Shown here: positions 54,985-63,990 of the stretch, one piece after another
How positions within the stretch are numbered: position 1 is the stretch's first letter
Layout of the letters: every line of letters starts with the position of its first letter
Assembly: GCA_005884925.1 (NCBI GenBank)
Contig: VAYU01000023.1
Coordinates: forward strand, 138,883-202,882
Direction: 5' to 3'
From: Actinomycetota bacterium
GTDB taxonomy: Bacteria; Actinomycetota; UBA4738; HRBIN12
Length of the DNA: 64,000 nt
Notes under the pieces: generated by a model
What the model was told of the DNA's origin: nothing
The model's input: only the letters and a program-made list of their open reading frames with translations
Database searches by the model: none
Translations under genes and position numbers: made by a program

Positions 54985-57400
54985 ATGGCAACGACGGAGA
55001 AGTACGTCGGCCGCCCCGTCCTCCGGAAGGAAGACGCCAAGCTCATCGAGGGCCAAGGCACCTACATCGACAACCAGTCGATGGCCGGCATGGTGTGGAT
55101 GGAGCTCGTTCGACCTCCGTACGTCCATGCGAAGGTCGATTCGATCGATGTCTCGAAAGCAGATGCCCGGGGTCATCGGCGTGTTCACCGCGGCGGACCT
55201 CGACGACGCGTTCCCTGCCGGCCTGCCCATGGTGTGGCCCATCACCGAGGACATCAAGATCCCGACACACTGGCCGCTCACGAAGGACGTGATCAGGTTC
55301 GCCGGCGACGCGGTCGCGGTCGTCGTCGCCGGATCGCGGGCTCAGGCGGAGGACGCGGCCGAGGAAGTCGCGGTGCGTGCGACCGAGCTTCCGGTCGTCC
55401 TCGACCTCGAGGAAGCCGCGAAGGATCAGGTCGTGCTTCACGAGGACCTCGGCACCAACGTGGTGGTCCACTGGAGCCACGGGGGAGGTGGCGACCAGGC
55501 GATCTTCGAGTCCGCGCCCGTCGTCGTGCAGGAGCGGCACCTGCAGCCGCGGTTGATCCCGAATGCGATCGAGGGCCGAGGCTGTCTCGCGTACGGGATC
55601 CCGGCAGCCGGTGAGTTCACGCTGGTCTCGTCGACCCAGATCCCGCACATCACCCGCGTTGGACTCTCGATCACCACCGGGATCCCTCAGACGAAGCTAC
55701 GGATCATCGCGCCCGACGTCGGCGGCGGTTTCGGATCGAAACTCAACATCTACGCCGAGGAAGCGCTCGCGCTCGCGCTGGCGCGACAGCTCGGAAGACC
55801 CGTGAAGTGGATCGAGGATCGACAGGAGAACTATCTCGCGACCACGCACGGCCGTGGGGTGATCCACGACTGCACCCTGGCGGGGACCGAGGACGGAAAG
55901 ATCCTGGGCCTGAAGTTCGTCGAGCTGGCCGACATGGGCGCGTACTTCCAACTCCTCACCCCGGGTATCCCGGAGCTGGGTGGCTGGGTCTACATGGGGC
56001 CCTACGACGTGGACGCATATTGGTACGAGTTCACGGGGATCATGACGAACGCGACGCCGACAGACGCCTACCGGGGGGCGGGTCGGCCGGAGGCGACGTA
56101 CGTGATCGAACGTCTCGTGGACGCCTTCGCCCGTCGGATCGGCAAGGACCCAGCCCAGGTTCGTCGCATGAACCTGCATCCGCCACACGTCGACGCCCAG
56201 ACCTCGATCATGGGTCTGAACGTCGACTCGGCGAACTACGAACCGACCTTCGACCGGGCGCTCGAGCTCGCTGAGTACGACCAGATGCGGAAAGAGCAAG
56301 CCGCTCGTCGCGAGTCCGGCGACGTACGGCAGATCGGGATCGGTCTGTCCAGCTACATCGAGATGTGTGGCTTGGCGCCGTCGGAGATCCTCGGGGCGCT
56401 TCGATACGTGGCCGGAGGCTGGGACGCCGCGGAGATCGAATGCCGGCCGTTCGGCAAGGTCGTCGTGCGGACCGGAACCTCACCGCACGGACAAGGCCAC
56501 GACACCTCATGGTCGCAGATCGTCGCCGATGGGCTCGGCATCACCCCGGATGATGTCGAGGTCCTGCACGGCGACACCGCCGTGTCACGCCTCGGCATGG
56601 ATACGTACGGCTCACGGTCGGCGGCCGTCGGGGGCGAGGCCCTCCGGCAGGCGGTCGAGAAGGTGAAGGAGAAGGCACGGATCATCGCTGCGCACGAGCT
56701 CGAGGTTTCAGAGGACGACCTCGAATGGGCCGATGGCGCGTTCCGCGTCAGGGGCGCGCCCGACAAGGCCCGGACGATCCCCGACCTCGCGACATCTGCA
56801 TGGCAGGCGCACTCGCTCCCGCAGGGGGTGGAACCCGTGCTGGAAGGGACGGCGGTCTACGACCCACCGAACTTCACCTGGCCCGCGGGGACGCATGTCT
56901 GCGTGGTGGAGGTGGATACGGAGACGGGCAAGACCGACGTCCTGCGGTACGTGGCCGTCGACGATTGCGGCGTCGTGATCAACCCCATGATCGTGGAAGG
57001 GCAGGTGCAGGGCGGTGTCGCGCAGGGCATCGCGGAAGCGCTGTACGAGGAGGCTGTCTACGACGGGTCCGGGAACCTCATGACCTCGTCGATGACCCAG
57101 TACCTGATCCCCTCCGCGATGGAGATCCCCGACATGATCCTGGATCGCACGGAGACGCCGTCGACGACGAACGCTTTGGGCGTGAAGGGCATCGCCGAGG
57201 CGGGAACGATCGCCTCGCCGCCCGCCGTGATCAACGCGGTGGTCGACGCCGTGTCGCACCTGGGCGTGACCGAGATGGGGAAGCCCGCGTCGCCCGAACG
57301 CGTCTGGCGAGCGATCCAGGAAGCCACCAAGGGGTCGCCAGGAGTGAGCGGTGGTCTCGACGGCGCGACCCCGGCACAGCAGGAAGGAGGTGCGTCGTGA
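54985..57400 (+). CDS. coxL: molybdenum hydroxylase large subunit, form-II CoxL-like (AYRGAGR active-site loop); reading frame interrupted by an apparent +1 frameshift near 55162
   Basis: The N-terminal 59 codons are in the frame starting at ATG 54985 (GGAGGG SD), with MATTEKYVGRPVLRKEDAKLIEGQGTYIDNQS...VRPPYVHAKVDSIDVSKA. The remaining 745 codons are in the +1 frame (track ORF 55127..57400: MPGVIGVFTAADL...AYRGAGRPEATYVIERLVD...). Both segments carry canonical XDH-family conservation. The first frame turns into Arg-rich junk after 55161. Confidence 0.8.
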
Positions 57401-58215
57401 TTCCCGCCCCGTTCGACTACGCCCGAGCCGGCTCGGTGGAGGAGGCCATCTCGCTGCTCGGCTCCGACCCCGACGCGAAGGTCCTCGCCGGGGGACATTC
57501 ACTCCTGCCGGCGATGCGGCTGCGGATCGCGCGGCCGTCGATGCTGGTCGACATCGGCCGGATCGCCGACCTGTCGTACGTCCGCGAGGACGGTGACCGG
57601 ATCGCGATCGGCGCCCTCACCCGGCACCACGACGTGGCGAACGCCGAGGTGCTCCAGCAACTGTGTCCGATCGTCGCGCACGCCGCCGGGCAGATCGGCG
57701 ATCCGCAGGTGCGCCACATGGGCACGATCGGCGGGTCCGTCGCGCACGGCGATCCGGCGGGTGACCTCCCGAGCGTGCTGCTCGCCCTCGACGCGGGATT
57801 CGTGGCGCAGGGACCGACGGGCACGCGGACGGTCGCGGCCACCGGCTTCTTCACCTCCCTCTTCGAGACGGCGCTCGCGCCCGACGAGGTCCTCACGGAG
57901 ATCCGCGTTCCGAAGGCGACGGCGGGGTGGAGCTTCATGAAGTTCCAGCGCCGGGCGCAGGACTGGGCCGTGGTCGGCGTCTCCGCCGTCCGTGCGAACG
58001 GCGGCGTTCACGTCGGGCTGACCAACATGGGGCTCACGCCGCTTCGCGCGGTGGGGGTCGAGGAGGCGGTGGGTGGGGGCGCGGACCCCGCGTCCGCCGC
58101 GGCACGCGCGGACGAGGGGACCGCGCCCCCGGACGACGCGTTCGGGTCCGCCGAGTACCGGCGCCAACTGGTGAAGGTGCTCGTGCGGCGAGCCCTCGAG
58201 GAGGCCCTTCCATAG
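57397..58215 (+). CDS. coxM: molybdenum hydroxylase medium subunit, FAD-binding (CoxM-like)
   Basis: A GTG start overlaps the coxL stop (GTGA). FAD-binding PCMH domain (VLAGGHSLLPAMRLR...GTIGGSVAHGDPAGD). The upstream 224 codons of the track ORF are junk inside coxL. Confidence 0.85.
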   Translation: MIPAPFDYARAGSVEEAISLLGSDPDAKVLAGGHSLLPAMRLRIARPSMLVDIGRIADLSYVREDGDRIAIGALTRHHDVANAEVLQQLCPIVAHAAGQIGDPQVRHMGTIGGSVAHGDPAGDLPSVLLALDAGFVAQGPTGTRTVAATGFFTSLFETALAPDEVLTEIRVPKATAGWSFMKFQRRAQDWAVVGVSAVRANGGVHVGLTNMGLTPLRAVGVEEAVGGGADPASAAARADEGTAPPDDAFGSAEYRRQLVKVLVRRALEEALP

Positions 58216-58229
58216 CCCTGCTCGCGCAG

Positions 58230-59078
58230 GTGCGGTACTCGGCGGACTGGTGGATCACGTTCGCGATCGCGATCGCGATCTCCGTCGCGATCGCGATCGT
58301 CGTCAGCCTCGTGGTCGGCCGCTACGTGCGGCGGTACCGCCGCCGGGCCAAGGATGCCGGCGACGACGCCGAGGGCCGTCGTCGCCGTCGCCTCACGACC
58401 GTCGTCGGGCTCGCAGGCGGGATCGTCGTCGTGGTCGCATGGCTGATGGTCGGCCTGACGATCCTCAGGGAGTTCAACGTCAGCCTCGGCCCGCTCGTCC
58501 TGAGCGCGGGGATCGCCGGCGTGGCGCTCGGGTTCGGGGCACAGACCCTGGTCCGCGACACGATCTCGGGCCTCTTCATCGTGCTCGAACGCCAATACGA
58601 CATCGGCGACGTCGTAGACCTGGAGACCGACGGCGGGCTCGTCTCGGGGACCGTCGAGGAGCTCAGCCTCCGCATCACGAGCGTCCGTCAGTTCGACGGG
58701 ACACTGAGCATCGTGCCGAACGGCGCGGTGCACGTCGTCCGGAACAAGACGCGGGGATGGGGCCGGGCCATCGTCGACGTACGGGTGGCCGTCTCCGAGG
58801 ACACCGCGCGCGTCCGCGTCGTGCTGGAGGAGCTGTTGGAGCAGCTCTCCTCGGAGGAGCCGTTCGAGAGCGCGCTCCGCAAGAACCCGGAGGTGCTCGG
58901 CGTCGTCCAGGTCACCGACGCTGCCCAGGTGATCCGCGTCGTCGCCGAGACCGAGCCGTCTCGTCGATGGGAGATCGAACGAGACCTCCGTGAGCGCATC
59001 ACCGCGCGCATCGCCGAGCGTGGGATCCGCGTGCCCCCCGTCCCGATCCAACCGCGCGGCGCCGATCCGGGCGCCTGA
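58230..59078 (+). CDS. mechanosensitive ion channel, MscS family
   Basis: GTG start 58230. Pore-lining TM3 and a beta domain (GFGAQTLVRDTISGLFIVLERQYDIGDVVDLETDGGLVSGTVEELSLRITSVRQFDGTLSIVPNG). Located between coxM and the coxD-like gene. Confidence 0.75.
   Translation: MRYSADWWITFAIAIAISVAIAIVVSLVVGRYVRRYRRRAKDAGDDAEGRRRRRLTTVVGLAGGIVVVVAWLMVGLTILREFNVSLGPLVLSAGIAGVALGFGAQTLVRDTISGLFIVLERQYDIGDVVDLETDGGLVSGTVEELSLRITSVRQFDGTLSIVPNGAVHVVRNKTRGWGRAIVDVRVAVSEDTARVRVVLEELLEQLSSEEPFESALRKNPEVLGVVQVTDAAQVIRVVAETEPSRRWEIERDLRERITARIAERGIRVPPVPIQPRGADPGA
58263..58298 (+). repeat. GCGATC hexamer microsatellite (3 + 2 units with one variant unit) inside the mscS N-terminal TM (FAIAIAISVAIAIVV)
   Basis: gcgatcgcgatcgcgatctccgtcgcgatcgcgatcgtcgtc read directly. 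Confidence 0.6.
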
Positions 59079-59093
59079 CGGTACGCTTCGGGC

Positions 59094-59972
59094 ATGCCGG
59101 AGCTCGCCTTCGCCGACGTCGACGCCCTTCAGGATGCGCTGGCGAACCATGCGTATCTCGCGGACCGTGGGCTCACGACCGCGATCTACCTCGCGCTGTC
59201 CCTCGGCAAGCCGCTCCTGCTCGAAGGTGAGGCGGGGGTGGGCAAGACCGAGGTCGGGAAGGTGCTCGCGGAGCTCCTCGGCCGGCGGCTGATCCGCTTG
59301 CAGTGCTACGAGGGGATCGATGCCTCCCAGGCCCTCTACGAGTGGAACTACGCGCGCCAGCTCATCGCGGTCCGGGCGATGGACGCCACCGACGCGGAGG
59401 CCCACGTCGAGGACCTCTTCGGACCGGAGTTCCTGGTGGAGCGGCCGCTGCTCGCGGCGATCCGCGCCGGGGACGAGGCCGTGCTCCTCGTCGATGAGCT
59501 CGACCGAGCCGACGACGAGTTCGAGGCGTTCCTCCTGGAGATCCTGTCCGAGTTCGCGGTGACGATCCCGGAGATCGGCAGGGTCGGCGCACTGACACCA
59601 CCGGGGGTGATCGTCACGTCGAACCGGACCCGCGAGCTCCACGACGCGCTCAAGCGGCGTTGCCTCTATCACTGGATCGATCATCCCGACCTGGATCGCG
59701 AGGTCGAGATCGTGCGCGCGCGAGCGCCGCACGTCGGTGCGGCGCTCGCGCGCGACGTCGCGCAGGCGGTGGCCCGTCTTCGCGACCTCGACCTCGCCAA
59801 GCGTCCCGGCGTCGCCGAGACGATCGACTGGGCGAACGCGCTCGCGTTCCTCGGCGCGGAGCAGCTCGACCCGCGAGTCGCCCGCGACACGCTGGGCAGC
59901 GTGGTGAAGGACCACGAGGACCAGGAGCTCGTGATGGCCAGGCTCGGCGAGGTGGTCGGGGAAGGTGGTTGA
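59094..59972 (+). CDS. MoxR-family AAA+ ATPase (CoxD-like)
   Basis: Walker A GEAGVGKT, Walker B LLVDELDRADD, sensor/arginine-finger region, and a MoxR-type C-terminal part. Confidence 0.8.
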   Translation: MPELAFADVDALQDALANHAYLADRGLTTAIYLALSLGKPLLLEGEAGVGKTEVGKVLAELLGRRLIRLQCYEGIDASQALYEWNYARQLIAVRAMDATDAEAHVEDLFGPEFLVERPLLAAIRAGDEAVLLVDELDRADDEFEAFLLEILSEFAVTIPEIGRVGALTPPGVIVTSNRTRELHDALKRRCLYHWIDHPDLDREVEIVRARAPHVGAALARDVAQAVARLRDLDLAKRPGVAETIDWANALAFLGAEQLDPRVARDTLGSVVKDHEDQELVMARLGEVVGEGG

Positions 59973-61143
59973 CGGCGGGGGAACGGCCCACGACCCGGCG
60001 CTCGCACCGCTCGTCGCATTCGGCAGGGATCTACGTGCGCAGGGACTCCCGGTCGGCACCGGCAGGATCGTGACCTTCCTCCGCGCGGTCGCCTCGCTGG
60101 GGTTCGTCGACCGCGCGTCGCTCTACTGGGCCGGGCGCGTCTCGCTCGTCGCGAGCCGCGCCGACCTCGACGCCTACGACGTCGCCTTCGACACGTGGTA
60201 TCGGTCGCTCGCGCCGTCGGAGTCGGAGCTCATGATCGAGCTCGCGCTTCCGACCGAGCGCCGGGACGCCGGTGACGAACCCGACGGGCTCCAGGTTGAG
60301 GTCGCGCGCACGGCAGGCTCCTGGCGCAGCGCCGCAGAGGACGACGAGCCCGAGCCCGGCGACGAGTCATCGATCAGGATCGTCGCTTCGGCGGTCGAGG
60401 TCCTGCGCGCGAAGTCGTTCGCGGACCTGTCCGACGAGGAGCGACGCCGGGTCGCGACGATGATCGACGACCTCACCGTGCGTGCTCCCGTCGAACGGAC
60501 GCGCCGGACGCGTCCGGCGCCGAAGGGCTCCGCGTTCGACATCCGCCGCACGCTCCGCCGTTCGCTCCGGACCCAGGGCGAGCCCTTCGAACGCTCGTTC
60601 CGCGAGCGGCGGTCGCGGACGCGGCCGCTGGTCCTGATCCTCGACATCAGCGGCTCGATGGCGCCGTACGCACGCGCGCTGCTGCAGTTCGGCTACGCCG
60701 CGATGGCGGCCGGGCGACGCGTCGAGGTCTTCTGCTTCGGTACGCGGCTCACGCGCGTCACGCGGACGCTCGGTGCGAAGGACCCGGACCGCGCGCTTCG
60801 AGAGATCGGGAAGCTCGTCGAGGACTGGGAAGGGGGCACGCGCATCGGCGAGTCCCTGAAGACGCTGCTCGACGGGTGGAGTCAGCGCGCCGCGCTCCGC
60901 GGCGCGGTCGTCGTGCTCTGCTCGGACGGACTCGAGCGCGGCGACCCGGCGCTGCTCCGCGCCCAGATGGCGCGGCTCCGCCGGCTCGCCCGCCGGGTGG
61001 TCTGGGCGAATCCCCTGAAGGGATCGCCCAGGTACGAGCCGCTCGCGCGCGGGATGGCGGCTGCACTGCCGAGCGTCGACGTCTTCCTCTCGGGGCATAA
61101 CCTCGAGAGTCTCGAAACCCTGGCGGTGGCCCTGGGTGCCTGA
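59965..61143 (+). CDS. VWA-domain protein (CoxE-like, MoxR partner)
   Basis: A GTG start overlaps the moxR stop by 8 nt. C-terminal VWA domain with MIDAS DxSxS (LVLILDISGSMAPY). Confidence 0.7.
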   Translation: MVDGGGTAHDPALAPLVAFGRDLRAQGLPVGTGRIVTFLRAVASLGFVDRASLYWAGRVSLVASRADLDAYDVAFDTWYRSLAPSESELMIELALPTERRDAGDEPDGLQVEVARTAGSWRSAAEDDEPEPGDESSIRIVASAVEVLRAKSFADLSDEERRRVATMIDDLTVRAPVERTRRTRPAPKGSAFDIRRTLRRSLRTQGEPFERSFRERRSRTRPLVLILDISGSMAPYARALLQFGYAAMAAGRRVEVFCFGTRLTRVTRTLGAKDPDRALREIGKLVEDWEGGTRIGESLKTLLDGWSQRAALRGAVVVLCSDGLERGDPALLRAQMARLRRLARRVVWANPLKGSPRYEPLARGMAAALPSVDVFLSGHNLESLETLAVALGA

Positions 61144-61567
61144 ACGCCACAACCGCGGGTTCTGGCTCGTCGTCGGGTCGATCGGGCTCGCGTGCGTGCT
61201 CCTCGTGGCGGCGATCCTCTTCAACGCTCCGATGAAGGAGACGATCGGGCACGCGGAGGACACGCTTCGGGTCGCGCAAGGGGCGGCTAACCGGATCCAC
61301 GACTCAGGTGGCTCCTTCGCCTCGGCGGACGCCGCCGCGCTCGCGGCCGCGGACCCGTCGCATACCTATCGCGAGGGGGCCACGGCATCGACCGGGCTGG
61401 ATGACGTCAGCATCGCGACCGGCCCCACCTCGTGGGCCGCGGCCGTGCAAGCGCGTCCCGGAGCCTGCTTCTACCTTCACCTGACGGACGCCGGCGGCAT
61501 CTTCTACGGCGTCGGCACCGTATGCACCGGCTCGGTCGCGATGCACGCCACAGACCCGCGCTGGTAG
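61136..61567 (+). CDS. membrane-anchored hypothetical protein
   Basis: GTG start overlapping the VWA stop. N-terminal TM (FWLVVGSIGLACVLLVAAILF) plus a small soluble domain. Confidence 0.4.
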   Translation: MPERHNRGFWLVVGSIGLACVLLVAAILFNAPMKETIGHAEDTLRVAQGAANRIHDSGGSFASADAAALAAADPSHTYREGATASTGLDDVSIATGPTSWAAAVQARPGACFYLHLTDAGGIFYGVGTVCTGSVAMHATDPRW

Positions 61568-61635
61568 CGAGTCCGAGCCTTCGGGGCAGTTGCAACGAAG
61601 GGCATCGCCCCCTACGGTCGGGGTGGGTTCCTCAC

Positions 61636-62400
61636 ATGGGGGTGAAGCGGACGAACGCGCGGCGGATCCTCGTATCGAGCTTCATACCGTTCGTGCTGGC
61701 TTCGTGTCACGGTGATGACGCAACGGTGCGTCACCCGGCCGGGTCAGGATCCAGCCGGTCCTCCGTCCTGACCGCGACGAGCACGCCGGTACCGCCAACC
61801 GGTTCGAGGCCGGCGGGCGCTTCGGGATCCGCCCAGCCGTCAGGCGAGATCAAGCCGGCCGGCCTCTTCGCCGCGTTCCGGCGATTCGCCGCAGCGCCGC
61901 CGTCGATCCACGGACTGTTGGCTTCTCACGCTTCGACCGCAGGAGACTCGATACGCGACGAGCTATGGGTTGACTGGCCCTCGTTCAGGCTCGTCGAGCG
62001 GTTCGAGGGAGGAGGCGAACCCCTCGTGGTCAACTCGCGCGATGGCAAGCTCTTCGGGTACCACGACCCACCGAGCGGCGACACCGGCGTCACTCGAAGC
62101 TTCGGCGAGGGCGCGTTCGTCCTCGCACCGATCCTTCGATACCTCATGCCGGCAACCGAGACGGTCCCATCGTGTGGTACCGATGGGACGTTGGATCTCG
62201 AGTCGTTGCTCGGTCGTCCCACGATCCACCTGCGCTGCGATGCGCAAGGCTGGGACGCTTGGGTCGACCAAGCGACCGGACTCGTTCTGCGACAAGCGCA
62301 GGATGATCCGGGGCCCCACGGCTACCGGTGGATCGGTTTCACGGCCATCGAATTCGACCCCGTGGTCGACCCTTCCCTCTTCGACCCACGGTCGATCTAA
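61636..62400 (+). CDS. lipoprotein, hypothetical (lipobox LASC)
   Basis: Start ATG 61636 (MGVKRTNARRILVSSFIPFVLASC|HGDD), a Ser/Thr/Pro linker, then a globular domain. The upstream 68 codons of the track ORF are Arg-rich junk. Confidence 0.55.
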   Translation: MGVKRTNARRILVSSFIPFVLASCHGDDATVRHPAGSGSSRSSVLTATSTPVPPTGSRPAGASGSAQPSGEIKPAGLFAAFRRFAAAPPSIHGLLASHASTAGDSIRDELWVDWPSFRLVERFEGGGEPLVVNSRDGKLFGYHDPPSGDTGVTRSFGEGAFVLAPILRYLMPATETVPSCGTDGTLDLESLLGRPTIHLRCDAQGWDAWVDQATGLVLRQAQDDPGPHGYRWIGFTAIEFDPVVDPSLFDPRSI

Positions 62401-63743
62401 GGGGCCGCTGTCGCGCGGTCGAGCAGCTCGATCGGGTGCACGACCTCGATGTCGCTCCCGGCGGCGCCGAGCTGCGCGGCGAGCTGCATCGAGCACCCGG
62501 GGTTCGCGCTCGCGACGATCGACGCCCCGGTCGCCACCACTGCGTCCGCCTTCTCCCATCCGAGCGCCCGGGCCGCCTCCGGCTGGGTGACGTTGTAGAT
62601 CCCCGCCGCGCCGCAGCACCGATCTCCGTCGCGGATCTCGGCCAGCCGCAGCCCGTCGATCGTCCGCAACAGGTCGCGAGGTTCGTCGTGGACCTTGAGG
62701 GCTCTGAGGGCGTGGCAGGCGTCGTGGTAGGCGACGGTCGCGTCGAGCGAACCGGGCTGCGCGGTCAGTCCCTCGGTATGAAGGAACTCCGTCACCTCCC
62801 GCACCGGAAGCCCGGCCCCCGGCCGAAGTTCGTCGTAGGTCGCCATGTGCGCCGCGCATCCGGCGGCGTTCACCACCACGACGTCCGCGTCGTCGAACAC
62901 GTGACGGGCGCGCTTCGCCAGCCGGCGCGCGATCGCCAGCCGTCCGTTGTGCGCCGCGAGCGCGCCGCAGCAGGCCTGACCCGCCGGCACCATGACCCGC
63001 CAGCCGTTCCGTGCCAAGACACGGATCGTCGCGAGGTTCACCCGGTGGAACCATCGATCTTGGACGCAGCCCGAGAGCATCGCGACGGCACCGAGGACCT
63101 CGACGCCCGGCGGCGGCTCGGTGATGTGGGGGAGCCGCGCGAACGGGTATCCGCGTCCGGGCACGAGCGCGCGAGCGGCCTTCGGCATGAACGGTCGCGC
63201 GATCGGTTGGAGCGCGGCGGCCGCCCGAACGAGCGACGGGTGGGGGAGCACCCAATGGAACCCCAGCCACCGGATGAACCGCGCACGCCTGGTCCGGAGC
63301 GGCTCGACCTGCTCACGGGCCGCCTCCATCATCCGGCCGAACGGAACGTGGGATGGGCACACGTCCTCGCACGCTCTGCACACGAGGCAGAGATCCATGA
63401 ACCCCTCGAAGGTCTGATCGGGGACCGCGATGCCATCCTGGACGGCGCGCATCGCCGCGATCCGACCTCGAGGCGACGCCGATTCCTCCCCCGTGAGGCG
63501 GTAGGTCGGGCAATGCGGGAGGCACAGCCCGCAGGCGACGCAGTCGTTGAGGTCGGCGAGCGAAGGAGCCGCGCGGCCTGCGCGCCACGCCGGGGCCGCG
63601 ATCGGGGAACCGATGAAGCGGGCTCCCTCGGGAAGCTCGCTTCCCAACGGTTCGGCGTGCGCGGGGTATGCCATGACGGCGATGTTACGGCACCGATCGC
63701 GGCAGCCGTGGTAGAACGCGAGCACCGACGAGGAGTCGAACAT
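62397..63743 (-). CDS. (Fe-S)-binding protein, GlcF/heterodisulfide-reductase-like (two 4Fe-4S ferredoxin motifs + CCG domains)
   Basis: CVACGLCLPHCP and CLVCRACEDVCP ferredoxin motifs, with downstream Cys-rich CCG-type repeats (CCGAL, CCGAAG). The real start may be the internal MAYPAHAEPLG. Confidence 0.7.
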   Translation of the reverse strand: MFDSSSVLAFYHGCRDRCRNIAVMAYPAHAEPLGSELPEGARFIGSPIAAPAWRAGRAAPSLADLNDCVACGLCLPHCPTYRLTGEESASPRGRIAAMRAVQDGIAVPDQTFEGFMDLCLVCRACEDVCPSHVPFGRMMEAAREQVEPLRTRRARFIRWLGFHWVLPHPSLVRAAAALQPIARPFMPKAARALVPGRGYPFARLPHITEPPPGVEVLGAVAMLSGCVQDRWFHRVNLATIRVLARNGWRVMVPAGQACCGALAAHNGRLAIARRLAKRARHVFDDADVVVVNAAGCAAHMATYDELRPGAGLPVREVTEFLHTEGLTAQPGSLDATVAYHDACHALRALKVHDEPRDLLRTIDGLRLAEIRDGDRCCGAAGIYNVTQPEAARALGWEKADAVVATGASIVASANPGCSMQLAAQLGAAGSDIEVVHPIELLDRATAAP

Positions 63744-63990
63744 GGACGTTGTCCCCCCGCCCTCCGAGCACCACGCCCCGCCAGGGGCCCCGACCCATGG
63801 GGCCCGGCCACCCGGCGAACTCGATCATCGAACGGTGACCATCGTCACGATCGTCGCGTGCGTGGCGATCATCGCGGTGATCGGTGGCGCGATGGCCGTC
63901 GCCGGCGGTGGAGCTGACGGGTCGGCCACCCCGGCAGCGCCGTCGCCCACCGCGGTTGCTGCGCCGCAGACGATGGATGCGCACCCCGCC
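63742..63990 (+). CDS. hypothetical membrane-anchored protein, partial (runs off window end)
   Basis: Not in the track because it is open-ended. MDVVPPPSEHHAPPGAPTHGARPPGELDHRTVTIVTIVACVAIIAVIGGAMAVAGGG..., divergent from the Fe-S gene. Weak support. Confidence 0.3.

Noticed and set aside
58008-60059. 683-aa ORF antisense to mscS/moxR
   Set aside because: Arg/Asp/Pro-rich antisense artefact. Both sense genes have clear family motifs.
59094-61143. MoxR AAA+ ATPase + VWA pair as a phage-defence-type module
   Set aside because: The context is a cox-like molybdenum hydroxylase cluster (coxS/L/M, coxG, xdhC, mocA). CoxD/CoxE maturation factors are the standard explanation for this pair. No nuclease, protease or other effector is nearby.
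1-63990. CRISPR arrays, IS elements, integrases, prophage remnants
   Set aside because: No spaced direct repeats, terminal inverted repeats, transposase or integrase-like proteins, or tRNA-adjacent integrase were found. The tRNA-Ala is followed by ordinary chromosomal genes.
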